From the human T2T-CHM13v2.0 reference genome, Homo sapiens: a stretch of DNA of 64,000 bases. Positions 1 through 14,659 of this stretch are shown here, one piece after another; within the stretch, counting starts at the first letter, position 1; each line of letters opens with the position of its first letter. The DNA is taken from the NCBI RefSeq assembly GCF_009914755.1, contig NC_060937.1; one strand, 5' to 3'. Made by a program: the position numbers and the translations under genes. The notes below the pieces were generated by a model. That model did not search any database and had not been told where the DNA came from. It saw only the letters and a list, made by a program, of their open reading frames with translations.

Positions 1-1346
1 AACAGAACAGAGCCCTCAGAAATAACACCACACATCTACAACCATCTGATCTTTGACAAATCTGACAAAAACAAGCAATAAGAAAGGATTCCCTATTTAA
101 TAAATGGTGTTGGGAAAACTGGTTAGCCATATGCAGAGAGCTGAAACTGGATCCCTTCCTTATACCTTATACAAAAATTAACTTAAGATGGATTAAAGAC
201 TTAAACATAAGACCTAAAACCATAAAAACCCTAGAAGAAAACCTAGGCAATACCATTCAGGACATAGGCATGGGCAAAGACTTTGTGACTAAAACACCAA
301 AAGCAATGGCAACAAAAGCCAAAATAGACAAATGGGATCTAATGAAACTAAAGAGCTTATGCACAGCAAAAGAAACTATCATCAGAGTGAACAGGCAACC
401 TACAGAATGGGAGAAAATTTTTGCAATCTATACATCTGACAAAGGGCTAATATCCGGAATCTACAAAGAACATAAACAAATGTACAAGAAAAAAAAACAA
501 ACAACCCCATCAAAAAGTGGGCAAAAGATATGAATAGACACTTCTCGAAAGAAAACATTTATGCGGCCAACAAACATATGAAAAAAAGCTCATCATCACT
601 GGTCATTAGAGAAATGCAAACCAAATCACAATGAGATAGCATCTCATGTAAGTTAGAATGGCAATCATTAAAAAGTCAGGAAACAACAGATGCTGGAAAG
701 AATGTAGAGAAATAGGAACACTTTTACACTGTTGGTGGGCGTGTAAATTAGTTCAACCATTGTGGAAGACAGTGTGGCAATTCCTCCAGGATCTAGAACT
801 AGAAATGCCATTTGACCAGCAATCCCATTACTGGGTATATAACCAAAGGATTATAAATCATTCTACTATACAGACACATGCACATGTATGTTTACTGCAG
901 CACTGTTTACAATATCAAAGACTTGGAACCAATTCAAATGCCCACCAATGATAGACTGGATAAAGAAAATGTGGCACATACACACCATGGAATATATGCA
1001 GCCATAAAAAGGGATGAATTCACGTTCTTTGCAGGGACATGGATGAAGCTGAAAACCATCATTCTCAGCACACTAACACAACAACAGAAAACCAGACACC
1101 TCATGTTCTCACTCATAAGTGGGAGTTGAACAATGAAAACACATGAACACAGGTGGGGGGGCATCACACACCAGGGCCTGTCGGGGGCTGGGGTGCTGGG
1201 GGAGAGATAGCATTAGGAGAAATACCTAATGAAGATGACGGGTTGATGGGTGCAGCAAACCACTACAGCACGCGTATAACTATGTAACAAACCTGCACGT
1301 TCTGCACTTGTACCCCAGAACTTAAAGTATAATAAAAAATAAATAA
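1..1346 (+). mobile_element. L1PA (L1PA7-like) 3' portion
   Basis: Broken ORF2 C-terminus ([11 protein letters not shown]...HCWW...LWKTVW), G-rich 3' UTR and A-rich tail. Confidence 0.92.
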
Positions 1347-1748
1347 GCGGGTGCAGCACTGGGGAGAGGGAACCATTTACAGTGGTAGTAGAGAGCTTCT
1401 TAGGAAATCAAGCTAATGTAGTCAAACATCAAGTAAATCTGGGCCAATAGAAAAAATTTTCAGAAACCAGAGATCTGTGTGGTGTGGTTACATTTCTGTC
1501 AATCAAAAGGACAATACTACTTGCTTCAGAAGAATAGAGTTAAAAGGCTGATGGCTCAGTCTGGAAGATGCTTACCAAGTCCTGAAACTTAGAGAGCCAA
1601 TGGTTGCAGTCAAGAGTTACTTAAGGAAAAATGATATACACCACCTTTTGGGATTCTGTACCTGGGATACAAATAAGGTTTAATATTAAGGTGTACTCTC
1701 CTTGTAGCAAACACGAGGGTAATGAATTATGAACTCTTACTTCCATGC

Positions 1749-2295
1749 TGTGATGGTTAATATTAGGCATCAACTTGACTGGATTGAGGGATGCCTAGAT
1801 GGCTGATGAAGCATTGTTTCTGGGTGGGTCTGTGAGGGTGTTGCCAGAAGAGATGGATATGTGAGTCAGTGGACTAGGAGAGGAAGACCCACCCTCAGTG
1901 CAGGTGGGCACCATCCAATCAGCTGCCAGGGCAGCTAGAACAAAGCAGGTGGAAGAAGGGGGATAAGTAGCGTGGCTTTCTGAGTCAGATTTCTCTCTCT
2001 CTTCCTGTGTGGTGCTGGAAGTCAGCTTTTCCTCCTCCTGTCCTCTTTGGACATCAAGCTCCCAGTTCTTCAACCTTTGGACTATGGGACTTGCACCAGC
2101 AGCCCCCCATGGGCTCTTGGGCTTTTGGCCTCAGATTGAGAGCTGCACTGTCAGCTTCCCTGGTTTTGAGGCTTTCAGACTTGGACTGAGGTACTACTGG
2201 CTTCTCTCTTTCCCCAGCTTGCTGGTGGCCTATGGTGGGACTTCGCCTTGTAATCATGTGATTTAATTATTCCTAATAAACTCATATATATATAA
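1749..2295 (+). mobile_element. MLT2A-like ERVL LTR
   Basis: Starts TGTGATGGTTAATATTAGG..CAACTTGACTGGATTGAGGGATGC; ends near AATAAACTC and a (TA)n run. Confidence 0.8.
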
Positions 2296-2510
2296 AAGCA
2301 AACTGTGCACTGAGATAAAATATCTGCAAAACAAATATTTGATAGAGGGACTGTAAGAAAGTCACTATTGGCAGCCCAGATCCAAAGGAAGGGAAAATAA
2401 ATTCCACTTCTCAATGGAAGAAGTAGCAAAGAATTTGGCTAATATTGTCTTTAATTTACCACAGGCTGACATACGACTAACACATTCATTTTGCAGGGCC
2501 AAATAATTAG

Positions 2511-2867
<357 letters not shown>

Positions 2868-3710
2868 TAAATATTCAATTTCTAACATTCAAAATGGGAT
2901 TATGGAGTAAGGCAATATGCCTGCAAGTCGGACCTATATCTCTCCCTTAAGAATATGAAAGATCAGGGCTAGTCCATAAATTATAGATTTTATAGAGTGA
3001 GGGTGGTAACCTTCCCCTTTCTGTCCCATAAGGATAGTAGTAAATAGAAATAAAGAGGAAAGACTGGAGTGAAATGTTAGTTTTTCATCTCTGTGATCTT
3101 TACTCTGGTGAAAGAAGGTGCATTAGATAAATGAGGATAGTGTTGAAGGCAGGAGGGGATTCTCCTGTTCTGCCCCAGCCTTGTCGTGCTTCCCATCTGA
3201 GGCCTCATCTGAGAGGTCATCGCAGTGAGCTGAGATCACACCACTGCACTACAACCTGGGTGATAGAGTGAGACCCTGTCTCAAAAAAAAAAAAAAAAAA
3301 GAGGCACAAGAAGAAGAAAGATGACTGAGAGGACAGCCCTTTAAACCAGGACAGAGTGAACATGATTTAATGAGACCAAGTTGAACCACATTGAACATTT
3401 GATTCATTTTACACAGACCCATATCCCAACTAATGACAAAGAGATTTAGGAAAAAATCAGACTCCCTATTAAGAAAAGAAAGAAAGAAACTCATTTTCTT
3501 CACACATCTGAGTTGCAGTGTGAGTTAAATTTGTGATTCAGTTACAATACATACCATATAATACTACATGAAACCATAAGGTGGATTCTTGAGTTTTACA
3601 TATGAAGCTTCAAATATCAAACATAGGGATAGACCAGAGGAAAGAGGGAAAAGAAACTGGATGAGTTTAAACAAGAGGCTCAGGTCTGGGAGTAGAATCA
3701 AGCACATCCA

Positions 3711-4050
3711 GGCCGGCGCGGTGGCTCACGCCTGTAATTCCAGCACTTTGGGAGGCCGAAGCAGGCGGATCATGAGGTCAGGAGATCGAGACCATCCTGG
3801 CTAACATGGTGAAACCCCGTCTCTACTAAAAATACAAAAAAATTAGCCAGGCGTGGTGGCAGGTGCCTGTAGTCCCAGCTACTCAGGAGGCTGAGGCAGG
3901 AGGATGGCATGAACCCGGGAAGCGGAGCTTGCAGTGAGCCAAGATTGTGCCACTGCACTCCAGCCTGGGCGACAGAGCAAGACTCCATCTTACAATAAAA
4001 TAAAATAAAATTAAATTAAATTAAAATAAAATAAAATAAAATAAAATAAT
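3711..4050 (+). mobile_element. AluY-like with (TAAAA)n tail
   Basis: TSD AATCAAGCACATCCA at 3696-3710 and 4051-4065. Confidence 0.93.
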
Positions 4051-4866
4051 AATCAAGCACATCCAGTCAGCACAGGGTTGCCCAGGGCAGGGTGGGGTGA
4101 AAGAATGGTTCCAGCTACAGTGGACTCTCTCTTCCAAATCAATCTCCTGAGAAAGAGTTACAGGTGAAGGAAAGAGGAATTGGGCAGCATGACCTTAACT
4201 GCATTATTTCACCTTATAACCTAACTGTATTCGTTACATGTTCTTCAGGTAAATTAAGGAGGGCCTGCTTCATACTTCATTGCTAGGAATATTCTCAGCC
4301 TCAGTTATCTTCTGGTAAAAAGCTGACTCAATAATAATAGATACATAAAAGAGGTATGAAAATAGAACAGAGAGGATGCCATTAACATAAGGATATACTG
4401 GAGCAGAACAAAATAGCCAGTATGAGGAGCATTCCAGCATCCCCCAGACTGAGGCTATTTCTGTGTAAATGGAGGGAGGAAAATGGTGCTCTCCTGGTAC
4501 AGTCCTGGAATTGGGCAGGAGAGGGGCCTCTTTGCCTGGATCACCTTTCCTTCATCTAGGAATCTGGAAAAATGCAAAAGAAAGTGTAGCAATAAGGAGC
4601 TGCATCAGGTTCTCATGCTGCAATAACTCCTGGTAGATCCTGTTCAACTGGTTGAGAATCCTGCAGAAGGGAATTCAATATGGGGGTTCTCTAATTAGAG
4701 TAATATTTATGTGGGTTGACACTTCTTTTATATATTCATAAACATCAGCTTGGTGCTTTTTTTTTCATGACCATTTGTACTTTATGTGAATCATGCCACC
4801 TTTCTCCACACAGGCTAAAGTTTTCAGGAGAAGAAAAATGTTTTCTAGTTTAACTATTTAAAAGGA

Positions 4867-5073
4867 CAGATGCTCCTCGACTTACAATGGGGTTACATCT
4901 AAATAGACCCATTGTAAGTTGAAAACAAGATTTTCAACTTGACTATATTTTCAACTTACAACGAGTTTATCTGGAAATAGCCCATCATAAGGAGCCTACT
5001 GAATGTTATTGCTTTTGCACCACTGTAAAATAGAAAAATCATTAAATCAAACCATTTAATCTGGGGACATCTG
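4867..5073. mobile_element. Tigger-family MITE (MER47-like)
   Basis: Inverted termini CAGATGCTCC... / ...GGGGACATCTG. Confidence 0.7.
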
Positions 5074-6549
5074 TATTTTGTTACACTGGTATAAGGTAGA
5101 GCAGCTTTTACTCAAATACTCATTTATGGGGTACATATGTGTTAGTCACCATTTGGGTACTAGAGATACTGACATCAAAGGCATCCTCCTTGACTTTAAT
5201 GCTTCTCTGGGCTGATGCTCCTTTCTTGTCATTCCTTTATGGGAGGGTAGACTTAGGCTATTCCAACTCTTCAAAGCTTAGTAAAGATCAGGCTATAACA
5301 TATAACCAGGTTTTATTGAAGGTTTTGGGATAATAAAATGCAACTACTATGCAATAAAAGAAAACTTTAAACTGGCTAGCAAATGTGACTTCTGAATATA
5401 TAGGTTCTCCTATTCACCTTCCCATCCCCTCTTAGCCCCAGATTTCCTACTTACTATGTTCTAGGAGCGGCCTACTCACCTCAACAGGAATGCCTGGGAC
5501 GATGAATACCATCACCCCAGAGCCAGGCTCTCCAAGTCCTCTAAGGCCCAGAGAGAGAAGGAACCTGCTAAGGCTAGCCTCTGCAGATATATAATCTTCA
5601 TAAACTCAGCTCCACCCACAAGGATGACCACTTTTGATATTAAGTGGAGCAGTTCAGCTCAGCTTTGCTTTGGCCCTTTCTACTGCTGAATTGTATCTTG
5701 ATTTTTTTCTTTCTGCAAATCCACGTTACATTTTTCTTTTTTTGGCTTTTTAAAAAAGTTTGATTTTAGTTTTAATATACAGATAGTAAAATTCATCTTT
5801 TTTAGTGTGCAGTTCTATGAGTTTTAACAAATACATCATCATATTACCACCATGATAATCAAGATACAGAACCATTCCATCACCCCCAAAAAATCCCCCA
5901 TGTCCTTTTGTCGTCAACCCCTCTCCACATCCTCAGCCCCAGGCAAACACTGGCCTGTTTTCTATGTCCAGAATTTTGCCTGTTCCAAAATGCATATAAA
6001 TGAAATCATACAGCATGTAGCCATTTATATCTGATTCTTTTCATGTAGCATAATGCAGTTGAGATTCATCCATGTTGTTGAGTGTATCAGATGTTTGCTC
6101 TGTTATCTTGCTGAGTGGGTTTCCATTGTATGAATTTACCACAGTTGATTTATCCATTCACCAGTTGAAGAACGTTTGTTTCCAGATTTTGATGATTATG
6201 AATAAAGCCAGTGTAACTGTTACATACAGGTCTTGGTATGAACGTAAGTTTTCATTTCTCGTGAGTAAATATCTTGGAGTAAGGTTACTGGGTTCTATTA
6301 TAAGTGTATGATTAACATTATACATGTTTTCCAAAGCAGTTGTGCAATTTTGCATTCTCACCAACAATGTATGAGAGTTCTAACAACTCTGTATCTTCAC
6401 CTGCCTTTGGTATTGCCAGTTTTCATGGGGATTTTTTTCTTATTCATTCTAATAGATGTGCAGAGGTACCTCAGTTTGGTTTAGGCTTTTATTTTCCTAA
6501 TGACTCATGACGTTTAGCATCTTCTCATGTGCTTATTTGCCATCATATC

Positions 6550-6910
6550 TGATATGGTTTTGCTGTGTCCCCACCCAAATCTCACCTTGAATTGTAGCTC
6601 CCATAATCCCCATAAGTTGTGGGAGGAACCCAGTGACAGAAATTGAATCATAAAGGCAGTTTCTCCCATACTGTTCTCATGGTAGTGAATAAGTCTCATG
6701 AGATTTGATGGTTTTACAAGGGGTATCCCTTTTCACTTGGCTCTCATTCTCTCTTGCCTGCTGCCATGTAAGATGTGACTTTCACCTTCCACCACGATTG
6801 TGAGGCCTCCTCAGCTACATGGAACTGTGAGTCCATTAAATCTATTTTTCTTTATAAATTATCCAGTCTTGTGTATGTCTTTATAAGCAGTGTGAAAATG
6901 GACTAATACA
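6550..6910 (+). mobile_element. THE1 solo LTR (MaLR)
   Basis: TGATATGGTTT.GCTGTGTCCCCACCCAAATCTC...GGACTAATACA; TSD ATATC. Confidence 0.9.
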
Positions 6911-7288
6911 ATATCTCTTCTTGGTGAAATATCTGTTCAATTCTTTTGTCCATATATTTATCAGGTTGTTTGCTTTATTATTGATTGCTGAGGATTCTTT
7001 ACATATTCTAGGTCCAAGTCCTTCATAAGATATGTTCTTTGCAAACATTTTCTCCCAGTCCACAGCTTGCCTTTTTGTTTTCTTAACTAGTGTCTTAGTG
7101 AACTGAGGCTACTATAACAAAATACCATAGAGTGAGTGTCTTAAACCAGAGACATTTATTTCTCACTGTTCTGGGGGCGGGCAAGTCCAAGAAGATCAAG
7201 GTGACAGTAGGGTTTCTTCCTGGTCAGGGCCTTCTTCCAGGCTTGCAGATGGCTGCCTTCTCACTGTCTTCTCACAGAGCAGAGAGAT

Positions 7289-7702
7289 TGTCTTAGTCTG
7301 TTTTGTGCCACTATAAGGGATGGTTTCTGTTTGGTAATTTATAAAGAACAGAGACTTATTTCTGACAGTTATGGAGGCTGGAAAGACCAAAGTCAAGAGA
7401 CTGCATCTAATAAGGGCTTTCTTGCTGTATCATCCCATGGTGGAAGGGTAGAGGGTTAAGAGAACATATATGCACACACGTGTGCATGAGAGAGAGAGAA
7501 GGGAAAAGTTGGAAGGGCCAACTCGTCTCTTTATCAGGAACCCACTCCCACAATAACTAACCTCCTCTCAAGATATTAGCATTAATGCATTCATGAGGGC
7601 TCTGCCATAATCACCTCTTAAAGCTCTCACCTCTCAACACTGTTGCACTATGGATTAAGTTTTTAACACATGAACTTTGGGGTACATATTCAAACCACGG
7701 CA
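7289..7702 (-). mobile_element. MST-type MaLR LTR
   Basis: TGTCTTAGTCTG...CATATTCAAACCACGGCA. Confidence 0.75.
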
Positions 7703-8165
7703 GATAGAGTGACAACCAAAATGAGTGATTGAGGCATAAGTCTCAAATCACCCAGGTTTATTGAGCCAGCTTGAGGCTGTGCCTGGGAAAAACGTAAGTC
7801 ACAGAAGCATCTGTGGCTATTTTTTCCAAAAAGGTTCACAGGAGCTTTAGTATTTATACATTTTCCTTAAAAAACAGGAGACAGCAGTGAGATAAATGAT
7901 TACCTACTTATGAGACTTTAGTTAAAGCCCAGTAAATCTATATTTTACATATGATAAGGTGAACATTTGAAGAAAAAGGGACTAGAGGAAGCAGCCATCT
8001 AGGGGAGAGGTAAAGGAACCATTAATCTCATCTTATCTCAGGGACTGGTGAAGGAACTATTAATTTCATCTTGTTTTTGTTCTACACCTGGGAAGATAAA
8101 ACTAGCAGTCTTTTGAAAGGGCTAGCTTCTGTTCAGCCTTTAGGGAAGAAAACCTAATGACTGTT

Positions 8166-9060
8166 TTTTGTGTTTTTTTTTTTCTGAGACACTTTCACTT
8201 TGTCAGCCAGGCTGGAGTGCAGTGGTGCAATCTCGGTTCACCACAATGTTGGGGTGATCAGACCCAACACCAGGTCATGGGGGGTGATGAAGTCCGGCAG
8301 AGTCAAAGGAATGAGAAAAGACAGTTTGAGAGAGAAAGTGGGTCCAGGGGGCCAACGCAAGTATGGAGGCTGTGAAGGCCCTGAGCTCTGGAAGCCCACG
8401 CTATTTGTTGGTGATCAAACAAAGAAACAGGTGGTGAGGATGTGGAGGTTGAAAGGTAGCGATGCATCAAGCAAATAAGCTATAGCTGTGATGCTTTAGC
8501 ATTTTCTTTGAAGCATATGGAACATGTTCTGCTACTTGAGATAATGGGAGTGCTAGAAGCAAGGAGCCAGCAAGTCTGACACATTCCAGAGGCCGTGAGG
8601 GGTTTTATGCCCTGAGCCCTGGGTTCCATCCAAGCCATGAGGGGTTTTATGCCCTGGCCTTAGATTATGGTGCGGCACGGCAGCCTTCCACCCTTTAGCA
8701 CAGAGCTTGGTGTTCTAAAGGCCACGAGGGGTTTTAGACCCTGGACCCCGGACATGTTCCAAGACTCTTTCACATTATATCAGACATGCAAGCCCTGCCT
8801 CAGCTTCTCTCCCAACACTCAGCTTTTCTCCCAACACACAACTTCCACCTCCTGGGTTCAAGCGATTCTCCTGCCTCAGCCTCCCAAGTAGCTGGGACTA
8901 CGGGCACCAGCCACCGCGCCTGGCTAATTTTTGTATTATTAGTAGAGACGGGGTTTCACCATGTTGGCCAGGCTGATCTCGAATTCCTAACCTCAGGTGA
9001 TCTGCCTGCCTCAGCCTCCCAAAGTGCTGGGATTACAGGTGTGAGCCACAGAGCCCGGCT
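8166..9060 (-). mobile_element. AluSx split by an LTR14 insertion
   Basis: Halves 8166-8246 and 8837-9060; TSD GAAAACCTAATGACTGTT at 8148-8165 and 9061-9078. Confidence 0.9.
8247..8836 (-). mobile_element. LTR14B-like (HERV-K14/HML-1) solo LTR
   Basis: Minus strand begins TGTTGGGAGAAAAGCTGAGTGTTGGGAGAGAAGCTGAGGCAGGGC; TSD CACAA. Confidence 0.8.
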
Positions 9061-10151
9061 GAAAACCTAATGACTGTTAACAAGGGAGGGGGTATAATGA
9101 GGTGTGTCCAACCTCCTATCCTATCATAGATGTAAATTCAGCATCCAAGGTTTCTCTGGCATTCCCTTGGCCAAGTTGGGGGTGTGAGGGGTCCATTCAG
9201 TCAGTTGGAAGCTTAGAATTCTGTTTTCATTTCGCAAGAGCAAGAAAGCTCTGTGGTCTCTTCTTACAAGGCCACTAATCCTATCATGAAAACCCTAGCC
9301 TCACGATCTCATTTAACCTAATTACCTCCCAAAGACCCCATCTCCAAATACCATCATTTTAGGGATTAGGGCTTCAACATGTCAATTTTGTGGGAACACA
9401 GTTGAGTCCATAGCAGTATCTCTCAAAGAGAAAAAGGTTTTAATTTGGGTGAAAGCCAGATTATCATTTTTTAAGGGTCATTCTTTTCATAGCTACGAAA
9501 TCTATACCTAACCAAAGATCACAAAGATTTTTACCTATATTTTCTTGTACAAATTGTATACTTTAGATGTTTTTATTTAGGTCTACAATCCACTTTGAGC
9601 TAATTTTTATATATGGTGCCAATTATAAATCAAGGCTTTTTGTTTACATTTATGTCAACTTGTTCCAGCACCATTTGTTAAAAATACTATCTTTTCTTTA
9701 TTGAATTGCCTTTGCACATTTTTCAAAAATTAATTTATATATGGATATATACATATATATGGATCTATTTCCAGTCCATTTTGTTTCACTGATCTATATG
9801 TCTATGTTTTTACCAACACCATACTCTCTTGATTACTGTGGCTTAATCCTAAGTCTTGAAATCAAGTGGTGTGAACCCTCTAAATGTTTTCTTTTTAAAA
9901 ACTGTTTCTATTATTCTAGTTATTTGTGTTTCCATACCAATTTTAGAATCAACCTATCTATTTCTACTGGAAAGGGAAGCCTTCTGGTATTCTGATCAGG
10001 ACTGCATTGAATCTATATAAATTAATTTGTAGAGAATTGATATTTTAACAATATTGAGTCTTCTGATCCATGAGTATAATATTTCTCTTCTTTTACTTAA
10101 GTATTTTATTTTCTTCAGCAACATTCTATCAATGAAAAGAGTCCAACTCTG

Positions 10152-11330
10152 GCAAACTACGCATCTGACAAAGGACTAGTATGCAGAATCTACAAGGAAT
10201 GCAAACAAATCAGCAAGAAAAAAACAAACAATCCCATCAAAAAGTGGGCAAAGGACATGAATAAACATTTATCAAAAGAAAATATACAAACAGCCAACAA
10301 ACATGAAAAAATGTTCAACATCACAAGCATCAGGGAAACGCAAATTAAAACGTGAGATACCACCTTACGCCTGTAAGAATGGCCATTACAAAAAAGTAAA
10401 AAAACAATAGATGTTGGCCTGGATGTGAGGAAAAGGGAACACTTTTACACTGCTACTGGAAATGTAAACTAGTACAACCACTATGGAAAACAGTATAGAC
10501 ATTCCTTAAGGAACTAAAAGTAGAACTACCATTCAATCCAGCAATCCCACTACGGAATATCTACCCAAAGGAAAATAAGTCATTACATAAAAAACACACA
10601 TGCGGCCGGGCTCGGTGGCTCACGCCTGTAATCCCAGCACTTTGGGAGGCCGAGGCAGGCAGATCACGAGGTCAGGAGATCAAGACCATGGTGAAACCCC
10701 GTCTCTACTAAAAATACAAAAAAATTAGCCAGGCGCAGTGGTGGGCGCCTGTAGTCCCAGCTACTCAGGAGACTGAGGCAGGAGAATGGCGTGAACGTGG
10801 GAGGCGGAGCTTGCAGTGAGCCGAGATTGCGCCACTGCACTCCAGCCTGGGCAACAGAGTGAGACTGTCTCCAAAAAAAAAAAAAAAAAAAAAACACATG
10901 CACATATAGCAGCACAATTTGCAATTGCAAAGACATGGAACCAACCTAAGTGTCCATCAACCAACGAATGGATAAAGAAAATGTGGTATATATACACCAT
11001 AAAATACTACTCAGCCATAAAAAGGAACAAGATAATGTCTTATGCAGCAACTTGGATGGAGCTGGAGGCCATTATTCTAAGTGAAGTAACTCAGGAATGG
11101 AAAAGCAAATATTGTAAGTTCTCACAAGTGGGAGTTAAGCTATGAGGATGCAAAGGCATAAGAGTGATACAGTGGGCTTTGGGGACTCGGAGGGGAAAGT
11201 TTGGAGGGGAGTGAGGAATAAAAGACTACATATAGTGTACACTACTCAGGTGATGGGTGCACTAAAATTTCAGAAATCACAGCTAAAGAACGAATCCATG
11301 TAACCAAAAACTTGAAATTAAAAAAAAGGA
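10152..11330 (+). mobile_element. 5'-truncated L1PB-like element containing an Alu
   Basis: ORF2 end ([13 protein letters not shown]...WMELEAIILSE), L1PB-type 3' UTR; degenerate TSD ..GTC(C/A)AACTCTG. Confidence 0.82.
10604..10893 (+). mobile_element. AluY-lineage element with a 12-bp left-arm deletion
   Basis: GAGATCAAGACCA^TGGTGAAACCCC lacks the TCCTGGCTAACA block. Confidence 0.9.
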
Positions 11331-12350
11331 AGAAGTCAAACTCTGTAAAATAGTTGAAGGGATGTATTCTGAGCCAAATATGAGTGACCATGGCCTGTGA
11401 CACAGCCCTTGGGAGACCCTGACAACATATGCCCAAGGTGGTTGGGGAGCAGCTTGGTTTTATACATTTTAGGGAGACATGAGACTTCAATCAAATACAC
11501 TTAAGATACAGATTGACCATTGGTTTGGTCCAGAAAGGCGAGACAACTTGAAGTGGGGCAGGGGTTCCAGGTTATAGGTAGATTTAAATTTTTCTGATTG
11601 GCAATTGGTTGAAACAGTTATTATCAATAGAAAGGAATGTCTGGGTTAAGATAAGACGTTGTGGAGACCAAAATTTTATCATGCAGCTGAAGCCTCCAGG
11701 TAGCAGGCTTCAGAGAGACTAGATTGTAAATGTTTCTTATCAGACTTAAGGTCTGTGTTAATGTTAAATGCTAGTTGGCTTTTCCTGAATTCCAAAAGAA
11801 AGGTGGCATAATGAGGCATATCTGACCCCTGCTCTGTCATGGCTTCAACCAGTTTTTCAGGTTAACTTTGGAGTGCTCTGGCCAAGAGGAAGGAGTCCAT
11901 TCAGATGGCTGGGGGTGGAGGTGCTTAGAATTTTATTTTTGGTTCAGTTTTATAGTCTTCTGTATACAAGTGTTCCATATCTTTTGCTAAATATATTTCT
12001 AAGTATTTTATGTTTTTTATGGTATTATAAATGGTATTGTTTTAAAAATTTACTTTTCAATTGTTCATTGCTAATATATAGAAATATAATCAATTGTGTA
12101 TATTAACCTTGAATCCTACGACCTTGCTAAACTTATTTCTTCTAATGGCTTTTTAATTAATTCCTCAGGATTGTTTTAAAAAAAAAAGACGGTTACTTAT
12201 TCCTTTCCAATTTAACTACGTTTTATTGATTTTTAAATTTTATGAGTTGTGCTAACTAGAATCTCCAGCAACATGATGACTAAACGTGCTCAGAGTGGAT
12301 ACCCTAGCTCCTCCCAAATCTTGTCTTTCACCAAGATAAGGCTAGGCTAG

Positions 12351-12728
12351 TGCTATGGCTGCCATAACAAAGTATCAAGCCATAACAAAGTATCAAAGAT
12401 TGTGTGGCTTAAATAACATAAATTAATTTTCTCACAATACTGGAGGCTAGAATTCTAAGATCAAGGTGTCAGCAGACTTGGTTTCTTCTGAGGCTGCTCT
12501 CCTTGGCTTGTAGACGGCTGCCTTCTCCCTGTGTCATCATACAGTCTTCCAATAGAACACAGTCTGGGTTCTAATCTCTACTTCTTGCGAGGACACCAGT
12601 CATAACATTAGAATAGGGCCTACCCTAGTGGCTTCATTTTAACTTGATCCTGTCTCCAAATGCTGAGGTACTGGGGGATAGGACTTCGACATAGGAATTT
12701 TGAGGGGACACAATTCAGCTCAAAACAG
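12351..12728 (-). mobile_element. MLT1A0-like LTR
   Basis: Antisense MaLR, ending GGGGACACAATTCAGCTCAAAACA. Confidence 0.75.
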
Positions 12729-13257
12729 TCATTAAATATGATGTTAGCTGTAGGTCTTTGTAGATGCCATATATCATGTTAAAGTTTCATTTTATTTCTA
12801 GTTTGCTCAGAGATTTTGTGGAGTTTTTTTAATCACAACTGAGTATCGGATTTTATTAATTTTTTTCTGCATCTATTGAGATGATTATATGTATTTCCTT
12901 TCTCCCTCTGTTAATATGCTGAATTACATTGGCTTTTCAAATATTAAGCCAACCTAGTATTTCTGGGATTAATCTCATTGTTCAATATATTATCCTTTTT
13001 ATATACTACCATTTTTTGAGAAGATATTGTAAGTACCTTTGTAATGAATGTGAATGTTGATAGTGAGGAGAGATGCTGTGAAAAGCTTAATACCCATTTA
13101 GTATAACATGGAGAGTAAGCATATTACTTAGAAATAAGTAGGCAAATATCAGAAATACAGTTCAAAGAGTTAAAAGTGATTGTTTCTGAAAGTAGGAGGG
13201 TCAGGTTGCTCTTGTTGCGGTTTTTGCACCATTTTACTTCTTAAAATTATAGCTATA

Positions 13258-13410
13258 GGTCAGGCGCAGTGGTTCACGCCTGTTATCCCAGCACTCTGGT
13301 AGGCCCAAGTGGAAGGACTGCTTGAGGACAGGAGTTGGAGATCAGCCTCGACAAAAGACCGACAGCCCACCTCCACAAAAAAAAAAAAAAGAAAGAAAAT
13401 TAGCTAGCTT
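13258..13410 (+). mobile_element. Alu monomer (FLAM/AluJ left arm)
   Basis: Left-arm sequence plus poly-A. Confidence 0.85.
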
Positions 13411-13899
13411 GGTGAAAATTAAAATAAAATAAAATTACCAGTATGTGCACATTACTTTGGTAGAAGTAAAAATAATGAGAAAGAGAGAAAACCCTCCCAG
13501 TAACTAGTCATTTGTTTTTATGATTCAGCTGGTTTGTATTTTGCATGGTGCATGGTGTGCAAACATCTGAAAATGTCTGTTTTCCACTGTTTGTAACTAA
13601 CTCTTCCCAGCATGATTTATCAATTAGCCTTTATTTCCTCCCATGACTTATGAATATACCTTAAGCATAGTTGTTTATAATGGGATGTTTCTAAACGACC
13701 TATCCTTATCCTGGTACCACGCTGATTTGAGCTACAGGGCAAATGGGTGCACCATGGTGGGCGAGGTCATTCACGGAAAAAAGAATGTGCAGTGGTGCCG
13801 AGGTTGGTAAGAGCAGGCGGCTTGTACATGTAAATGCATGGTTTGCAGGAATCTGGGAGTGGATAGGCTGACGGGTGATGAATATTCAAAGCACAACTG

Positions 13900-14560
<661 letters not shown>

Positions 14561-14659
14561 GGTGTGTTTCTCACAGCTTACACACAAAAGGAGGAAAGCA
14601 GGTGTGTGTAAACCTCCAGCAGCCCGATATTGTCAGCTAAGACATTGCACCGTTTCCAT

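Larger units (their letters stand above)
7710..9236 (-). mobile_element. MER4-group ERV1 solo LTR (interrupted)
   Basis: TG...CA termini; 4-bp TSD AGAG; MER4-like terminus CCTTGGCCAAG..GGTCCATTCAGTCAGTTGG..GCTTAGAATT. Confidence 0.72.
7091..9415 (-). mobile_element. MLT1A-like LTR split by nested elements
   Basis: Antisense MaLR halves at 7091-7288 and 9237-9415. Confidence 0.7.
10127..11946 (-). mobile_element. MER4A-like LTR interrupted by L1PB
   Basis: GTCAAACTCTGTAAAATA..TATTCTGAGCCAAATATGAGTGACCATGGCC...CTTAGAATTTTATTTTTGGTTCA. Confidence 0.8.
5760..13020 (-). mobile_element. Old L1M element fragmented by nested insertions
   Basis: Antisense L1 3' UTR/ORF2-like segments at about 5760-6549, 6911-7090, 9416-10126, 11947-12345 and 12730-13020. 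Confidence 0.7.

Noticed and set aside
270-1129. L1 ORF2-like ORFs
   Set aside because: Frameshifted fragments of an old L1PA copy.
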